Made by a program: the position numbers and the translations under genes. A stretch of DNA of 64,000 nt, from assembly GCA_958009085.1 (NCBI GenBank), contig OY253675.1:434001-498000 (forward strand), written 5' to 3'. Below are positions 24,459-38,182 of this stretch, in pieces. Each line of letters starts with the position of its first letter. Within the stretch, counting starts at the first letter, position 1. Source of the DNA: Protoeuglena noctilucae (lineage: Eukaryota). The notes beneath the pieces are model-generated. The model was not told where the DNA came from and searched no databases. It saw only the letters and a list, made by a program, of their open reading frames with translations.

Positions 24459-27400
24459 TCAGTCCTCTCCGTCAGACTCACTGCCCAGCAGGCTCAGCAG
24501 ACGCGTCACCACCTCCGCCGCCCCCGCCCTGCTATCAGCATTGCGATCCACCACGCACACACCCGCCGCTGCCCCTCCATCACCACAAGCCACCACCCTG
24601 CTGTTGCTGTTCTCATCATCCCCGCACACACCCGCCACTGCATCCCCTTCACCATCGCCCCCACGCAAACCCCCTGCAGGCAACCCACCGCCCACCACTC
24701 GCGGCGCAACGCTATCAGTGCCCGTGCGGCCGTCTAACCCATCCATCCCGACATCCAGGTTAGATACAGCCATGACCATCTTATCCACATCACCCTCCCG
24801 ATTCATCGAGGCCACCTTATCCACCCCATCAACACCATCCAAGGCACCCACCGCTCCCTCCTCCCACCCCACCCCTCCCTCGTCCTCTGGCAACTCCTGA
24901 GTCAGTGGCAGCTCCTGAGTCAGTGGCAGGTCATCGTCATCAGCCACCGCCAGTATCTCTGCGCCCACCCCGACCTCACAAGGACCCTCCCTCACCACCA
25001 CACCACCCTCCGCCACCTCCAGCCCGTCACCCTCCCTTCCCACCACCCCATTATCACCCCCCCTCACCATCACCCCTCGCTCCGCCACCACGCTGCCTGG
25101 CGCATCGACCAACCCAGCGCAGCCCTCTACCGCCCCCTCGTGTACACCCTCTGCCACATCCACATGTACTGGGGTGCTCACTAACACCTCTGCAGTGCCC
25201 AAGTCATGGGGGCTGCAGGGGGGCGCAGGAGGGCAGAGCTGGCTGGCCCCAGTTTCAGCACGCAACGCCCCACCTGCCGCATCAGCCAACACTGCCCCCT
25301 CGCCACAGCCCAGCTCAGTAAGGCTAGCGGCAGTGGGTGCGACTGCACTAGTGACCTGTGCTGCACGCGGAGTGGCATCGGAGCCCGAAGCAGCGAGAGG
25401 GTCAGCGGCACATGCTGTGGTGTCATGCCCCGCCCTGCTGAGGGTGGCAGTCATATGCGAGGCGTGATCGGTATGAGATGAGATACTTAGCAATGCGAGG
25501 CGATCAGCCTCAACCTCAGCCTCTGCTGCACCTGCAACCGCATCCTCAACACCACCCGCACCCGCACCCTCACAGCCACCCGCACCACCACCCTCGCTGA
25601 CACCTGCACCACCCTCGACCTGGCAACCCCAGCCCCGGCCCTCCAGCAACGACAGACTCTCAGGCCCGTCCACTGGGCCGTCAACCATCGCATCATCTCC
25701 CACTGCCACTGACACTGCCCCAAACGCACCCACTGTCCCATCACATTCCATATCGTCTGCAGATGTCACCGCCTCGCACGCACCCATTGCACCACCAGCT
25801 ATCCAAGTCCCCACCCCACACGACCCACCCCACCCATCCACGCACGCCCCATCGCCACCCACCGCACCCTCATCCCCACCCTGCCCCACCGTCGCAGCAA
25901 CCCCACCCCACACCCCCATCGCACCCTCGCCCCCACCCTTCACCACCGTCGCAGCCACCGACACACAGCCCGGCCCCTCCAGACCCGAAGCCGCAGATAA
26001 AGAGTAAGGATCGATCGCTAACCCCACGCCCGGCACTCGCACCACTTGCACCCACCGGTTGCGGGGTACTATACCCCTCGTGCCAGAATGGGGTGGGTCA
26101 TCAATGGGGACCAGTGATGATATGCACGGGGTAGTAGGTGCTGCCATAGATGATGATGGATTGACCGTGGCTATCAGTGATGGGGCGAGCTTGGTTACTA
26201 ATGCGGTGCCACCCGCACCCACTATCGCATCGACATCCCCACGCACCCCTGACCCCACCTCGCGGCACATGGCCGCTGCGTCGACGTCGAAACGCCACTC
26301 CAGCGCCCCCTCGGTTTCTGGCAAGTCGCCCCCGCACACCACCACCGCGTCTGCCCACGCCCCTGCCACTGAGAGGGACACCGTTGCACCGCCCACCCAC
26401 CGCATCGCAAAGCCCAGCCGGCGCTGGCTCACAGCAACGCACGGGTCTATCACGGCATCGGCATTGGTCACGATCGGTCCCATGTGCTGAGTTGTGATGA
26501 CCGGGCCCATTTGCAGAGCGCCTGGGGTGTCGAACAGTGAAGCAGCAATGGTCGGGCAGCGAGTGTACCAGGGTGCAAGCCAGCAGCGCAGGGGAGTGGG
26601 GGACTGGTTACAAGGGTGCTCGGCGATGACAGCGGATGGGCTGCGGTGTGTGGTAATTGGCACGGCTGTCGCTGACGCGGCGATGCCAGAGTGCGTGTCA
26701 GAGACGTGCATGTTCGGCGCAACCCCACTTGCCGCCTCGTGCATGCGAGCGGGTGCGTGGATGTCAGTTGGTTGCTCCTGGCAACACACGGTGTCCACCC
26801 CATCCCTTCCCGCTCTCGCTCCCATACAGGCGGGCGCATTGGGCTGCTCCTGGCAACACCCCTCGTCACTCCCCACTCCCCCCCACACCCCGCCCATCAC
26901 CTCCCACACATCGGCTCTCCACACCAATCCACACAATGCCACGTCTGCCACCCCATCCACACCCAGCGCATGCAACAGCCCTGCCTCCTCCAGGCAAGTG
27001 ACACCGGGACCATGGGATGACTCGCCGAATGAGAGAGCAGTGTTGTTGATGTTGTTGTTGTGATCGGCATGCTTAGTGTTGTCGCATGCATCTTCAGCTG
27101 TTGGTAAGCTCGGCAGGGGCGGCACGAGGGTCGGTGTAAAGTCTGCGGGTGGGGAGGATGCGGCAAGGGTTCGACCATGGGAGTACGTATATGCTTACAT
27201 TTACTAGAACATGGACGTAATTCGCGTATGTGTTTGCTACTACATATATGTCGTGTTTGGTCATCTATCCCACTAACATGCCCACCCATCACTGCCATAA
27301 CACCCCCCATCTCACCTGGCACGCCCCCCCATATCGACGGCCTGCCGAGCAGCACTCTTGGCAAAGCAGCGACCGCACTGCGACCCCAGGCGAGTCCCTG

Positions 27401-30400
27401 GGTCACCGCAGCCACTGCCACCGCCGCACCCCGCACCGTCACTGTGGCACCCGGCGCAATGCCAGCGATGCTCAGTGGCGTGGTGATGTCTGTTGCAACA
27501 CCGGCTGCGGCCATGCCAGCACTGCACCGCGGCATGGTGCACTCTGTTGCCATTCCAGCTGTCGCCTTGCCAGCACCGTCAGCACTGCATGGTGTTGTGC
27601 TCGTGTTTGCCTCGTGACCGGCACTGCACTGTGCGCCACAAGCACAAGACTCTGCCCCACGTCCCTCTCCCACTGCCACGCCACCACCGGCCACCCAAGC
27701 ATTGCCGCAACGACCGCCCCCCACCGCCACCCCAGTCCCTTGCCCCATATCCCCCCCCACCCCACCATCACCACCACCCCGCCCCTCTACCAGCATCAAC
27801 AGCACTCGCCATGTCGCCTCTGCCACCTCATCCCCCGTCACAGGCGCCAATGCAGGCGACAACCACCCACTCCTCAACGCACCCATCGCTGCACTGTTAT
27901 CGCCACTGTTGCCATGCACCACCCCAGCGCTACCACCATTCCCATCCCCACCCACCATCGCACCCGCTGCCACCCTTCCCACCGTTGCCCCATTCACACC
28001 CTCACTCACTCCCCCACTCGCCGCCCCACCCACCACCCCGCTCGCCGCCCCCCTGCCCCTCACCCTCCCCCCCTCCCCCTCTTCATCCCCCACCAGCGGC
28101 AATGTGAGCAGCAGCGTCCCCTCAGGGTGCACCACCATCTCCCCCAGTATCTTGGCCTGCCGTGGGGTAGCCCTCTGGAATTTGAATTTCTGCTCCCACA
28201 TCGCATAGACCTTCTTGGCGGCGGGCACCACCAGTCGCTGCACGTGTAGGGACTTGAGGATGTCGCACAATGCGCGCATCAGGGCTGTCAGGTGGCCCTC
28301 GCGGCTGCGGAGGGTGGGGAAGGGGGGGTGAGTGGGGGTGTGGGTGTGGCAGTGTGGGTAGCAGTGTGGGTGTGGATGCGCAGTTAACCCTCTCCTTATC
28401 ACATCGATCCTCACCAGTACCCCTCCTTGGTGGCCACGCAACAAGCACTACAATTCCCCATAATCCCCATACATACAATATCAATATCAACTCTCACCGG
28501 TACCCCATCTTGGTGGCCACGAACGGCATGTCACACACAACCCCACAGTACTATACTATCCTATACTATACTACATACAGCACCGACCCTCACCGGTACC
28601 CCTCCTTGGTGGCCACGAAGGGCATTTCCGCAAACCTCCCCCCGTGCACCCTCACCACCCCCGCACACAGCGCGCACCCCCCCCTCCGCAACACCACCAC
28701 CCGAAACTCCCCCAAATCCAACTGACCCAACTCCGTGGGCTCCCGCGCGAACAGCACCGCCTCGGCCAGACTGACGCCGCCGACGCCGCCAGAATGGTCG
28801 TTGTCAGAAACGGGGGCGGCGATCAGGTCGAAGGACTCGCGGAAGATGGACAGCGCAGCGGCGACGGTGCTGCGGGAGGCGCGGCGGCTGGGGTCGTGGC
28901 GCTGCGGGGGGGGGGGGTTGGGGGGGTGAGGAGGTGAGACAGGGGTGAGTGGGTGGTGTGTGAGTGATACAGTCATATACTGGCCTGGTTAGAATCATTA
29001 AACTAGTTATATAGTATCTGTAGTTGCTATGATATACACAGATCTTATCCCCGCTCACCACGATCTCGATGGTGAGTTCCTCGCTCCATTCGATGTCCTG
29101 GCGCACGCCGTCCATCTGTGATGGAAGGAGGAAAGGGTGACAGTGATAGCATTGGGTGATAGAATATCATTACCACCATTTAGCCACACTGACATTACTA
29201 CCCTACCCTAACCCTAACCCATACTATATCAGTACTATGAACTCGCCATGTTCAGTCAGTCGTCGATCTATAACATTGCCACCATTCAGCAATTATCAAC
29301 ACTGGTCATATTCCCATATATTAACCACTCGCCTTGTCCAGGTAGTCGTCGATCTCCTCGCACCTCTCCCCGCACAGCCACTTGTCGCCACTGCCAATCC
29401 ACTCCTCTCCCCACCGCTCCCCCGTCTCCTCCTCCCAGCAACGCACGTGCACGCAGGCGCTGGGGGGGGGGTGGGGGGGACGTAAGAAGTGGTATTGTAC
29501 CTATACTTCAAAGTGTACCTATACTTCAAAGTGTCATTATCAGTATTAATATTAATGAAAAATGTGTTATTTTATCCCCATCTCCCCACCCGTCAGTCAC
29601 CTCTGGCAGCAGTCGCACACGATGAGGGCGTGGGGGTGCCACGGGTCGTCGCTAACGTGCTCCTCCCCGCACCGACCGCACGATAGCTCGCGGGTGCACC
29701 AGTCCTCGCGCTCAGCACGTTCCAGGAAGCCGGGGGGGTCGGGGGCGGGCCACAGCACTGGGGGAGAGTGGGGTGAGGGTGTGTGTCATTTATAGTGCTG
29801 TGGCTCATGGCTATGTCTGTCATGATATCGAATGTCTAGAATCAGATATGGAGATGGATGCTATGGATGCTATATCGTATGCCATTGAACTGGTATGCAC
29901 CCTCTTGCTCCCTCCCTCACCCGTCGCTTTCTCCTTCTGCCCTCCCCCTTGTCCCCTCCCACCCCCCCCCCCCCCCCCCCTGCCACCCCTCGCCCTCGGT
30001 GTCTTGCGATTCGCCGCCCTCTCCGCTGCCCTCTCTGCCGCGATCCTCTTGCGCTCCGCCACCATCGCCTGGTAACCAGGGCGGGGGCGGGGGGGCTGCG
30101 GATGGAAGGAGACGTGTCATTATTGTTGAGTTATAGTACAGTTATAAGTAACATTCATGGATATATTATAACTGCAAGCGTGAAAGGTGATTATCCAGCA
30201 CAGCATAAGTAGTACTGGCAACTCTTCAAGTAAACAGCACTACGGCCATCACCCAGGCATCACAATTCCAAGCCCCCCCCCAATCAATCACCTGCCCCTG
30301 CCCCCTGGCATGGTCCTCCCTGATCTCCTCATCCACCATGTGCACCGCAAACTCGTGGGGCGTCAGGTTGCGAATAATGGCAGCCAGTGCGTCCTTCTGA

Positions 30401-33400
30401 GCCTCGGTCATCCCACTCAGGTCCGCCTCTTGCATGATAGCTGGCCTGCCGTCGGGGCCTATCTGACTCAGGTCTTCCCTCATCTTTCGCAAGGGGTTGT
30501 TGACGGTGCCGTCGGGATTGACGCCCGCGTCGGCCCACATGCCGCGGCTGCCGGGGCGGGGGGGCTTGGCGGGGGTGGGGGTGGAGGTGGTGGTAGCGGG
30601 GGGGGGTGGTAGCTGAAGCACTGTTGGTAGATGAAGCATTGGTGGTGGCAGCGGCGGTAGCGGTGGTGGTAGATGTGGCGGGTGGGGCAGTGGTCGCTGG
30701 GGCGCCTGTGAGGGAGGCGAGGGTGGTGGTGGCGGTTTGTTAGATACTGCTGCAGTAGGTGCAATTATATTACAAAACAAGCAAGTTACGCCCATCTCTA
30801 TCACCATCGAGCACCCGTGGCACACGACACGGCCCTCGCACCCCACCGTCCGCACCCGCACCCTTGCCTTTGCCACTCGCATCAGTCGCTCCACCACCCC
30901 CACTGCCGGTCGCGTTCAAGGCAGCGCCGCCTGTTGCTCGGAGTGCACCGAGCTTGGCACCTGGCTTGGCCTTCCGTGGCACAGGGAAGGGAATGGCGAA
31001 GCCGTCGCGGTCTGCGAGGGAAAGGCGACAGCAGAGAGAGTCAGATGAGGAGATGCATTGAGAGAATTGCAAGCACATGGGACGATGAGAAGCAAAGCAA
31101 CTGCAATTGCGTTCCCTCTCAACGCCACCAATCGCATCACCAACGGTAGCATCAAAGCCCTACCCCACATGACCACCACAACCCCCGCCACCACCAGCAC
31201 ACAACCCCTCTCAATAACAACTCACCCCGCGTCGGGCTGCCCCGCCCCTCCCCATCCGCACCCATGCGCCCCATGCTTCCCCCACGACCGTCACCGCCGC
31301 TCCCCTCATCCTCCACAGCGTCGGGAATCGCATCATGCAACGCAGCCGACGCAGCCAGTAAGCTATCGGATCTGCTATTCGCCAAGCGACCAGTTACTGC
31401 CTCGGATCCCTGACGCCTTCCCTGTGCCGCACCACCGCAGGAGCCCCTGTCACCGCTGCCCAGAGTAACACCCACCCGATTGCCATCCCCACTACCATCC
31501 CTCTCCTCCTCAATCCCCTCAAACAGCAAGCTCGTGATCTCATCCACCGCCAGCTCACTCAAATCCACTTTGGACGCATCTCTAAGAATCCCAGAGCCAC
31601 GAGCATTCAGCACAGCACGTTTGGGACCCGAGTCACGTTCACGGGCATCCAGCGTAGCACGTTTGGCATCGGACGCAGGCCCGCGTGGGGTGAGCGAGGT
31701 GTTGCTCGTGGGTTGGGTGGGCACAGGGCGCTTGGCAGTGGTGGGTTTGGTGCGATTGGCGGATACAGCAGCGCCGGGGGGCTTGGTGGCTTGCGGCAGG
31801 GCGGGTGCAGCGGGTGTGGGTGCGGGTGCGGGTGTGGGTGCGGGTGCGGGTGCGGGTGCGGGTGCGGGTGGGGTCACCACAGCCGTTGCCGGCTTGGCTG
31901 CCGTGGGTGCCGCTGAGCTCTGTGCCGCTGCCCTGCCCTTCTGCATGGATAGCTGGGCAGCTGAGGGCCCTCGCAAAGCAACGCTCGCCCCTCCAGCTAC
32001 GGACTTGCGTGCCTTGTGTACCCCACCAGCCCCACCAGACACGCTCTTAGCCACACTCCCCTGCTTGCCAGCCCCCACAACACGCACATTGCTCTTCGCC
32101 ACAGCTCCAGACCCCTTACCCACACCACCCCTCTCTCCGGACCCAGCATGCACCCTGCCCCCCACCCCACCTCTCCCACCTCTCCCACTCCTCCCACCTC
32201 CCTTGCTACCCCCCCCAGCCCCACCAGCGCCACCCCTAGCCGCACCACCTCGCCTCTTCTCTCCCAGCCTCTCTGGCACCGACCCCTCGCCAGAAACACC
32301 GCCATTGTCACTGTCACTGTCACAATCGCTAGCACCCTCCCTCTCACTCTCCCCCCCACTGCCACCCACACCCTCCCAGCCCTCGCCAGCCCCGTCACCA
32401 CAGCCACCACCCGCACCCCCACTATCCTCACTCTCACTCTCACTCTCCGATGATGACTCACTTTCTTCATCTCCTGACCCCCACCCGTCCCGCGCCCTCG
32501 CCCCAGCCTCCCCCAGCCCCGCCCCCCGCCTCCGCTTCCGCCCCTTCGCCGCCAGCGCCGCCACCGCCTCCCCAGCCGCCACCCTGCGGCCCCGCCCCTC
32601 CTCCACCAGTCCCCCGATCCCCGCCTCCTCGACCAGTATCGCGTCTGTGCCACGCTTCCTCCTACGCTTGCGCTTATGCACGGGGCCCATGGGCTCATCC
32701 CCCATCTCATCCCCCACCTCAGGCATCACCCCCGCATGCACCCCACGCCTCTCCCTCCGCCTGGGCACGTCCACGACACCCAACAGCCCCGCCTCTTCTA
32801 CCAAGATAGCGTCCGTGCCACGTTTCTTTCTACGAGCACGCTTGGGCACATCATCCCCAGTACCATCCCCAGTAGCAACAGCACTCATCGACCCACCCAC
32901 CTCCCTCCTCTTTGGCACACCATCCCCAGCGCCCATGGACCCACCCACCCTCCCACGCTTAGGCCTATCATCCCCACTGCTCATCGACCCACCCAGCCTC
33001 CTGCGCTTGGGCACATCTATAGCAGCACCCATCAGCCCCGCCTCCTCAATTAGAATAGCGTCTGTGCCTCGCTTCTTCCTTCGCTTCTTCACCACACCGC
33101 CCCTGACGCCCCCAATGCCACCGCCACTGCCACCCCCACTGCCACCCACACCACCACCCCCACTGCCTTGCCCACTGCCGTCCTTACTGCCACGCCCACT
33201 GCCACCCCCACTGCCACCCCCACCGCCACCGCCATGCACCGATCGCTGTGGCACAGGCGTCGACCCATGCCCCCCAGACCTCCCAGCCACTCCAGCCTGC
33301 GGAATGCCCTTTGCACCCTTCTTGATCCCCATCGCACCCTGCACTGTGACGCGCCTCGCAGATGACTCCCCACAGCTAGATGCCTTGCTGCCCCGCCCCT

Positions 33401-34309
33401 TACTCAGCTTGGCACCTCCGTCCAGCACCCGCACCGCCGCACTGCCCGAGGGGCCCTTGGGCCCGCGAGCACGCGGCTGCTCGGCGTCACCGGCGCACTC
33501 CTCCGATGTTCTCCTCGACTTGCTGCCCTGCGTGCCACACGGCACCAGGTAACGGATCGAATCCTGCCAAAGGCCCCCATGCAGGGTTGGTGACATTTGT
33601 GCAGCTTAATGACGATCAGATGGAAACCAGTCAGCCCCGCATTACTGTCAAGGTATCATTACCAACCACTTAGGCAGGCCCGCCATCTGCAGACCCCAAA
33701 CAAACCCAAAGCCCTTGCGCTCTCACCGACCCTTCCGTCCGGGCTTGCGGCTGCGAGCCCCCTGGGCCGTCCGAGCCCGGCAGCGACCCGCAGATCGTCT
33801 TGGTCAGCTTGCGCCGGATGTACTTTGTGTTGTGGGAGGCCGGGTCCGCACCAAAGCAGCCACGCCACAGCGCCACCAGCTGCGGTGCGGGCGGGGATGC
33901 AGCGAGTCGCGATGCCGGTCGGACTACGCTCCTGTTTACAAAAGTATCCTGTTATTAGCAATAGTAAGCGTTCTCAACACTCGCCTTTGACCAGGAGGCG
34001 GACGCGATGTCTTCTGCAGACACTTCGCCGGCTGCAGGGACGCTCGGGCTGCGCTCCTGCGACGACCCGCCTTTCCCCGACGCACCATCCTCGTCCTGTG
34101 CATGCAAGATGCCGTGATGGAGGTAGGAAGAGCGAGAGGCGCTGCCGCGCGGGCCGTTTCCCGGCCTGCGCTTCCATCGATGCAGCACGCAGCTGTGGCA
34201 GCCGGCCTCTCGCCTCAACGCTCCCGGCGGGCTTCTTCGCATGTTGCTTTGGCTTCGTTGCGACCGATGCGCGGGGCGCCTTGGCCTCAGCGGATTTCTT
34301 CCGCGGCAT
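24459..34309 (-). CDS. PHD finger plus GNAT acetyltransferase (IDM1/ROS4-like) with long low-complexity extensions
   Basis: Spliced PHD: CGRC...LIVCDCCQSACVHVRC...WLCGERC (29760-29333). GNAT: AAALSIFRESFD...AGVVRVHGGRFAEMPFVATKEGYRREGHLTALMRAL...LVVPAAKKVYAMWEQKFKF (28900-28170), matching the plant IDM1-type module. The 5' and 3' exon limits are less certain. Confidence 0.8.
32620..33090 (-). repeat. coding repeats in the PHD-GNAT protein: 3x (K/R)KRGTDAIL(I/V)EEAG and 3x PKRxxxGGSM
   Basis: Visible in the translation of ORF 31152-33596 and as DNA repeats. Confidence 0.85.
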
Positions 34310-35004
34310 GGCTGGGCCCCGCACCCTGGCTGACAACCGCCCTCCTCGCCCTGCGGGGCAGCGATGACGCCACCCCGATGATTTCTAGTATACAATTATC
34401 ATATTGCAAGTATTGCAGCGTGGCCCGTTGCGGCGCAAAAGTGCCAGCGGCGTGCAGAGGGCGAAGGCCGTTCAAACGCAGCGAGCGCCCTCCGTCTCGC
34501 CTGCGACGATCCGAAACCGTTTCCACTCTCCCCCTGGACTTTTCTTGATCAATCACGAACGCCTCGAGTCGATCGCGGCCCCTCAAGGCCACCTGAGGAG
34601 CAGCGACGCCCTGCCGCAGCACAGCAAGCACCAGCACCTGCGTCTAATCCCCAGCCGGCCGAGCGACTCCGCGGCGCTCGCCGCTCTGCACAGCCACACT
34701 ATCGTTCGCTTCGCTGTGCGCGCACTTTCGACCCTCTCTTCGCTCGCATGCTTCTGGCACGCACGTTCAAACCTGGCAAGAGCGCCTAGTCAGCCGCACT
34801 CACGGCTGGAGACCGTCACGCGTTGCTCTCCGCCGGCGTCTCGCTCATCCACCTCACTTCCTCCCTCCTCCCAGGCACCCGCAGCCGGCCTTGGCGTCGC
34901 CCGCCTCCGCGCCCTCGTCCGCCTTCGGCCACCAATCACTAAGGGCAGGTCGCGGGACGAAACACCATCGCGCATTCGCACTAAAACAATAAGCATATTT
35001 CACT

Positions 35005-37972
35005 TCACGCATTCGCGCGCCCGCTCACCACGGCCTTGGCCTTGGTCTGCCCACTGGCGCCCGCACCCGAAGCGTCCAGCAGCGACGGCTTCATGTGCCC
35101 GGGGGCCTGGAAGCCCAGGAGCTCGATCGTCGTGGCCGTCACGTTCGCGAGGCCCGCATCCGGCAGGTCCTGGCGGAAGCGGAGGTGCTCGGGGAGGCCC
35201 TTGCCTCCGATGGCCACCGGCACTGGCGCCAGCGTGTGGGAGGTCAGCGGAATGGGCCCGTTCTCGTCCGTGAGCGCCTGCTGCGTCTTCTTGTCCCTCT
35301 GCACCATATCGTCGGCGTTCCCGTGGTCCGCAGTGACCAGCCACCTCCCATTGACGTCGTCGCAGCAGTCGAGCAGCTCTTTGAGGCACTTATCCACGAA
35401 CGCGCACGCCTCCACGGTCGCCTTGAGGTCCCCCGTGTGGCCCACCATGTCCGGGTTGGCATAGTTGATGCGGATCATGTTGTAGCGGCCCGACCGCAGC
35501 GCCGCGATGCCCGCGTCGGTAATCTCACGGGCCTTCATCAGAGGGGCCTCGTTGAAGGGGCACGTGTCGGATGGGATCTCGACGTAAGTCTCCAGCTTCT
35601 CGTCGAAGTAGCCGGAGCGGTTGCCGTTCCAGAAGAACGTCACGTGGCCGAACTTCTGGGGGAGGTGGGTGCGAGGGGAGGGGGGGTAAGGGGAGGTGGG
35701 TGTGATGGGGTGGTGTGTTGGGGGGTCGCGGGGGATGAGGGTTGTGTGTTAAGCCCCTATGATGCCCTGCGAGTCTCATGCATATTGTCACTGTATTTGA
35801 CCATTCATGTATGTCACATGTACATGAACCCCTCACCTGCGTCTCGGAGCACGCGAAGGTGGCGATGCCGTTCTTGACCAGGTACTGCCCCGACACGTTG
35901 GCGATGAGGGGGGGAGCCACCAGGAACTTGGAGGGGAGCTTCAGGTCACCGTCGTACTGCACAGGAAGAGACCAGGTGGAGTGAGGTGAGGTGAGGTGAG
36001 GGAAAGGGCTGGGTCAGGAGGGATGGGGAAGTGTAGAAGCGCGGCTATGCTTGAGGCTCGCCCGCACTGCACTCGCCATCACTCCCATGCCAACTTGCCT
36101 GCCCCACACTCCCTCGCTTCCCATCGCTCCCACCCCACCCCACTCCCACTCGCCTGCATCATCCCCGCGAACCGGATGTTGGGGAACCGCTTGCGGTCGA
36201 AGTGCTTGAAGTCCGTGTACTCCAGGGCCTTGGACATCTCCACCATGCGGTCGGCACGGAAGTTGAACGTCACCACCGCGTCGCCGTCCTGCACCGCGCC
36301 CACGGGGGTGCCTGACTCGTCCACTGGGGGAAGGGGGGGAGGAGGGGGGATGTGGGGCGGGGTTGGTGGTGCGGATGGGGCGCATCGGTGCAGGAAGTGG
36401 GGTACTGGTCACACACCCACGCCCATCACTCTGCCACGCTGTCTCTCGGCCACTCACCGATGACGAAGGGGTCGGGAGGTACTGATCCCACTACCACACT
36501 CACACCGACAATAGCACCCACACCCATCCCCACCACCACTCCTATACTCACCGATGACGATGGGGTCCAGGGTCCAGGTACTGGTCAGCCACCACACCAC
36601 AGTAACACTTACACCCATCCCCACCACCACATGGCCCCTCACCGATGACGAAGGGGTCCAGGTACTGGTCCGACACGGGCTTGTCGTGGCCGGGCTTGGG
36701 CTTCCGCAGCGTCGTGACGGCGTCCAGCGCCGAGGTGAACTTGTGCGGGGCCTCCCCCAGCACGTGCGCCTCCCAGCCGCGCTGCACGATGGCCCAGTCG
36801 GCCTCGTACCGATCCATCGTGACGTTCATGCGGCCGCCGCCCGAGGCGATGCGCGCGTCGCAGCCGTCGAGCTTCTTCAGGTCCTCCTCCAGAGCCTTGA
36901 CGAACTTGACCGAGGAGCCGTCCTCGACGTCGCGGCCGTCGGTGAGGACGTGGACGCGGATGCGCTTGGCGCCGTGCCGCACCGCGCCCTGGATCGTCTT
37001 GACCAGCTGGTCGTAGCGCGAGTGCACGCCGCCGTCGGACAGGAGGCCGATCAGGTGCAGCGTGTGCTCCGCAAAGCTCGGCTGGATGTGCTTCCACCCC
37101 TCGCCCTCGAACATGCTCCCGGTCTCGAGCGCAATGTCCACCAGGCGCGCGCCCTGGTCCACCACCTGACCGGAACCCAGCGCGTTGTGGCCGACCTCCG
37201 AGTTGCCCATGTCTGCGCGCGGGAGGAGGCCGCGCGTCGCGGGGAGCGGATGGCAAGCGCACGTCCAGCTACGCCGCCCTTGTTCCTCTCGCCTGCGTCT
37301 GAAGGGAGGCCCACGGCGGTCCCGTGCGCCTGGATCGTCCTCCAGCGGTCGGGCGCCGACTCCCGCAGCGCGTCCATCGTCGGCGTCTGGAGGCAAGGGA
37401 GCGCATCGAGCGGGTGACCCATGGGACACGCGTCCGCCGGAGATGCGGGCTCGGCGGCGCGCCCGTCGACGCTGATGCTCACCTCAGCGACGTGGATCGC
37501 GTTCCACTGGTCCTTGTTCACGTTCTCGCCCCACCCGTCCAGGATGACCACCTGCGCACGGGGCCGCCACCCAACCCGATCGCTCGCGGCGTCCCGATCC
37601 ACGCGGCCATCTCCACGAGGACCGAAACGAAGTCTAGCAAGCGGAGATGATTAAGGGAAGGCACAATACTGCGAGATGGGGCAGCCTGAGCGCCCCCAGT
37701 CGAAGGTCGGTCCCAGCCGAGCTCGTCTCGCGGGATGCGGTGATGGCGGAGTGTGACAAAACGTCATCGCATCGTAGGACACGAAGTTAACCCCGATGGA
37801 CCACGCAGAGCGCCGATGCTCGCCCAACATCCGAGTTCCTCGAGGAGACGGAGATGTTGCCATCGACAGCAGCGCCGAGCTGAAAGAAGATACATCGATG
37901 ACGCCGCCTCACCATCACGGGCCCATCCGGCCGCGAGATCGCAGGGTGCGCCTGCAGCTTCATGTCCGCCAT
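35005..37972 (-). CDS. gpmI: 2,3-bisphosphoglycerate-independent phosphoglycerate mutase (iPGM)
   Basis: MADMKLQAHPAISRPDGPVM|VVILDGWGE, GLPSDADMGNSEVGHNALG, GLLSDGGVHSR, ASGGGRMNVTMDRYE, FNFRADRM, MQYDGD, SETQKFGHVTFFWNGNRSG, NYANPDMVGHTGD, TADHGNADDM and TSHTLAPVP. Seven exons. Confidence 0.97.
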
Positions 37973-38182
37973 GGTGCCTCCGTTTCGAACCGTTTCCACG
38001 ATATACAGAGACCGATGGGTACAAACGACTCGATTTCATCCGCCAGCGGGGTCGGGGGGCCGCAAGGAGGCCTGCTGGCCCACCCTGGCGCGCTTTTCGC
38101 AGGATCGCTGTTTCGACGCAAATGAGGAGATGCCTGACCCTAGCTGTCGAGATGAATGACCATGGCGAATCTTGGTGCGCTA

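Noticed and set aside
31480..33552. 690-aa plus-strand ORF, and similar long ORFs at 1464-2477, 42639-43763 and 58410-59285
   Set aside because: These are antisense shadows of real exons in GC-rich, stop-poor sequence.
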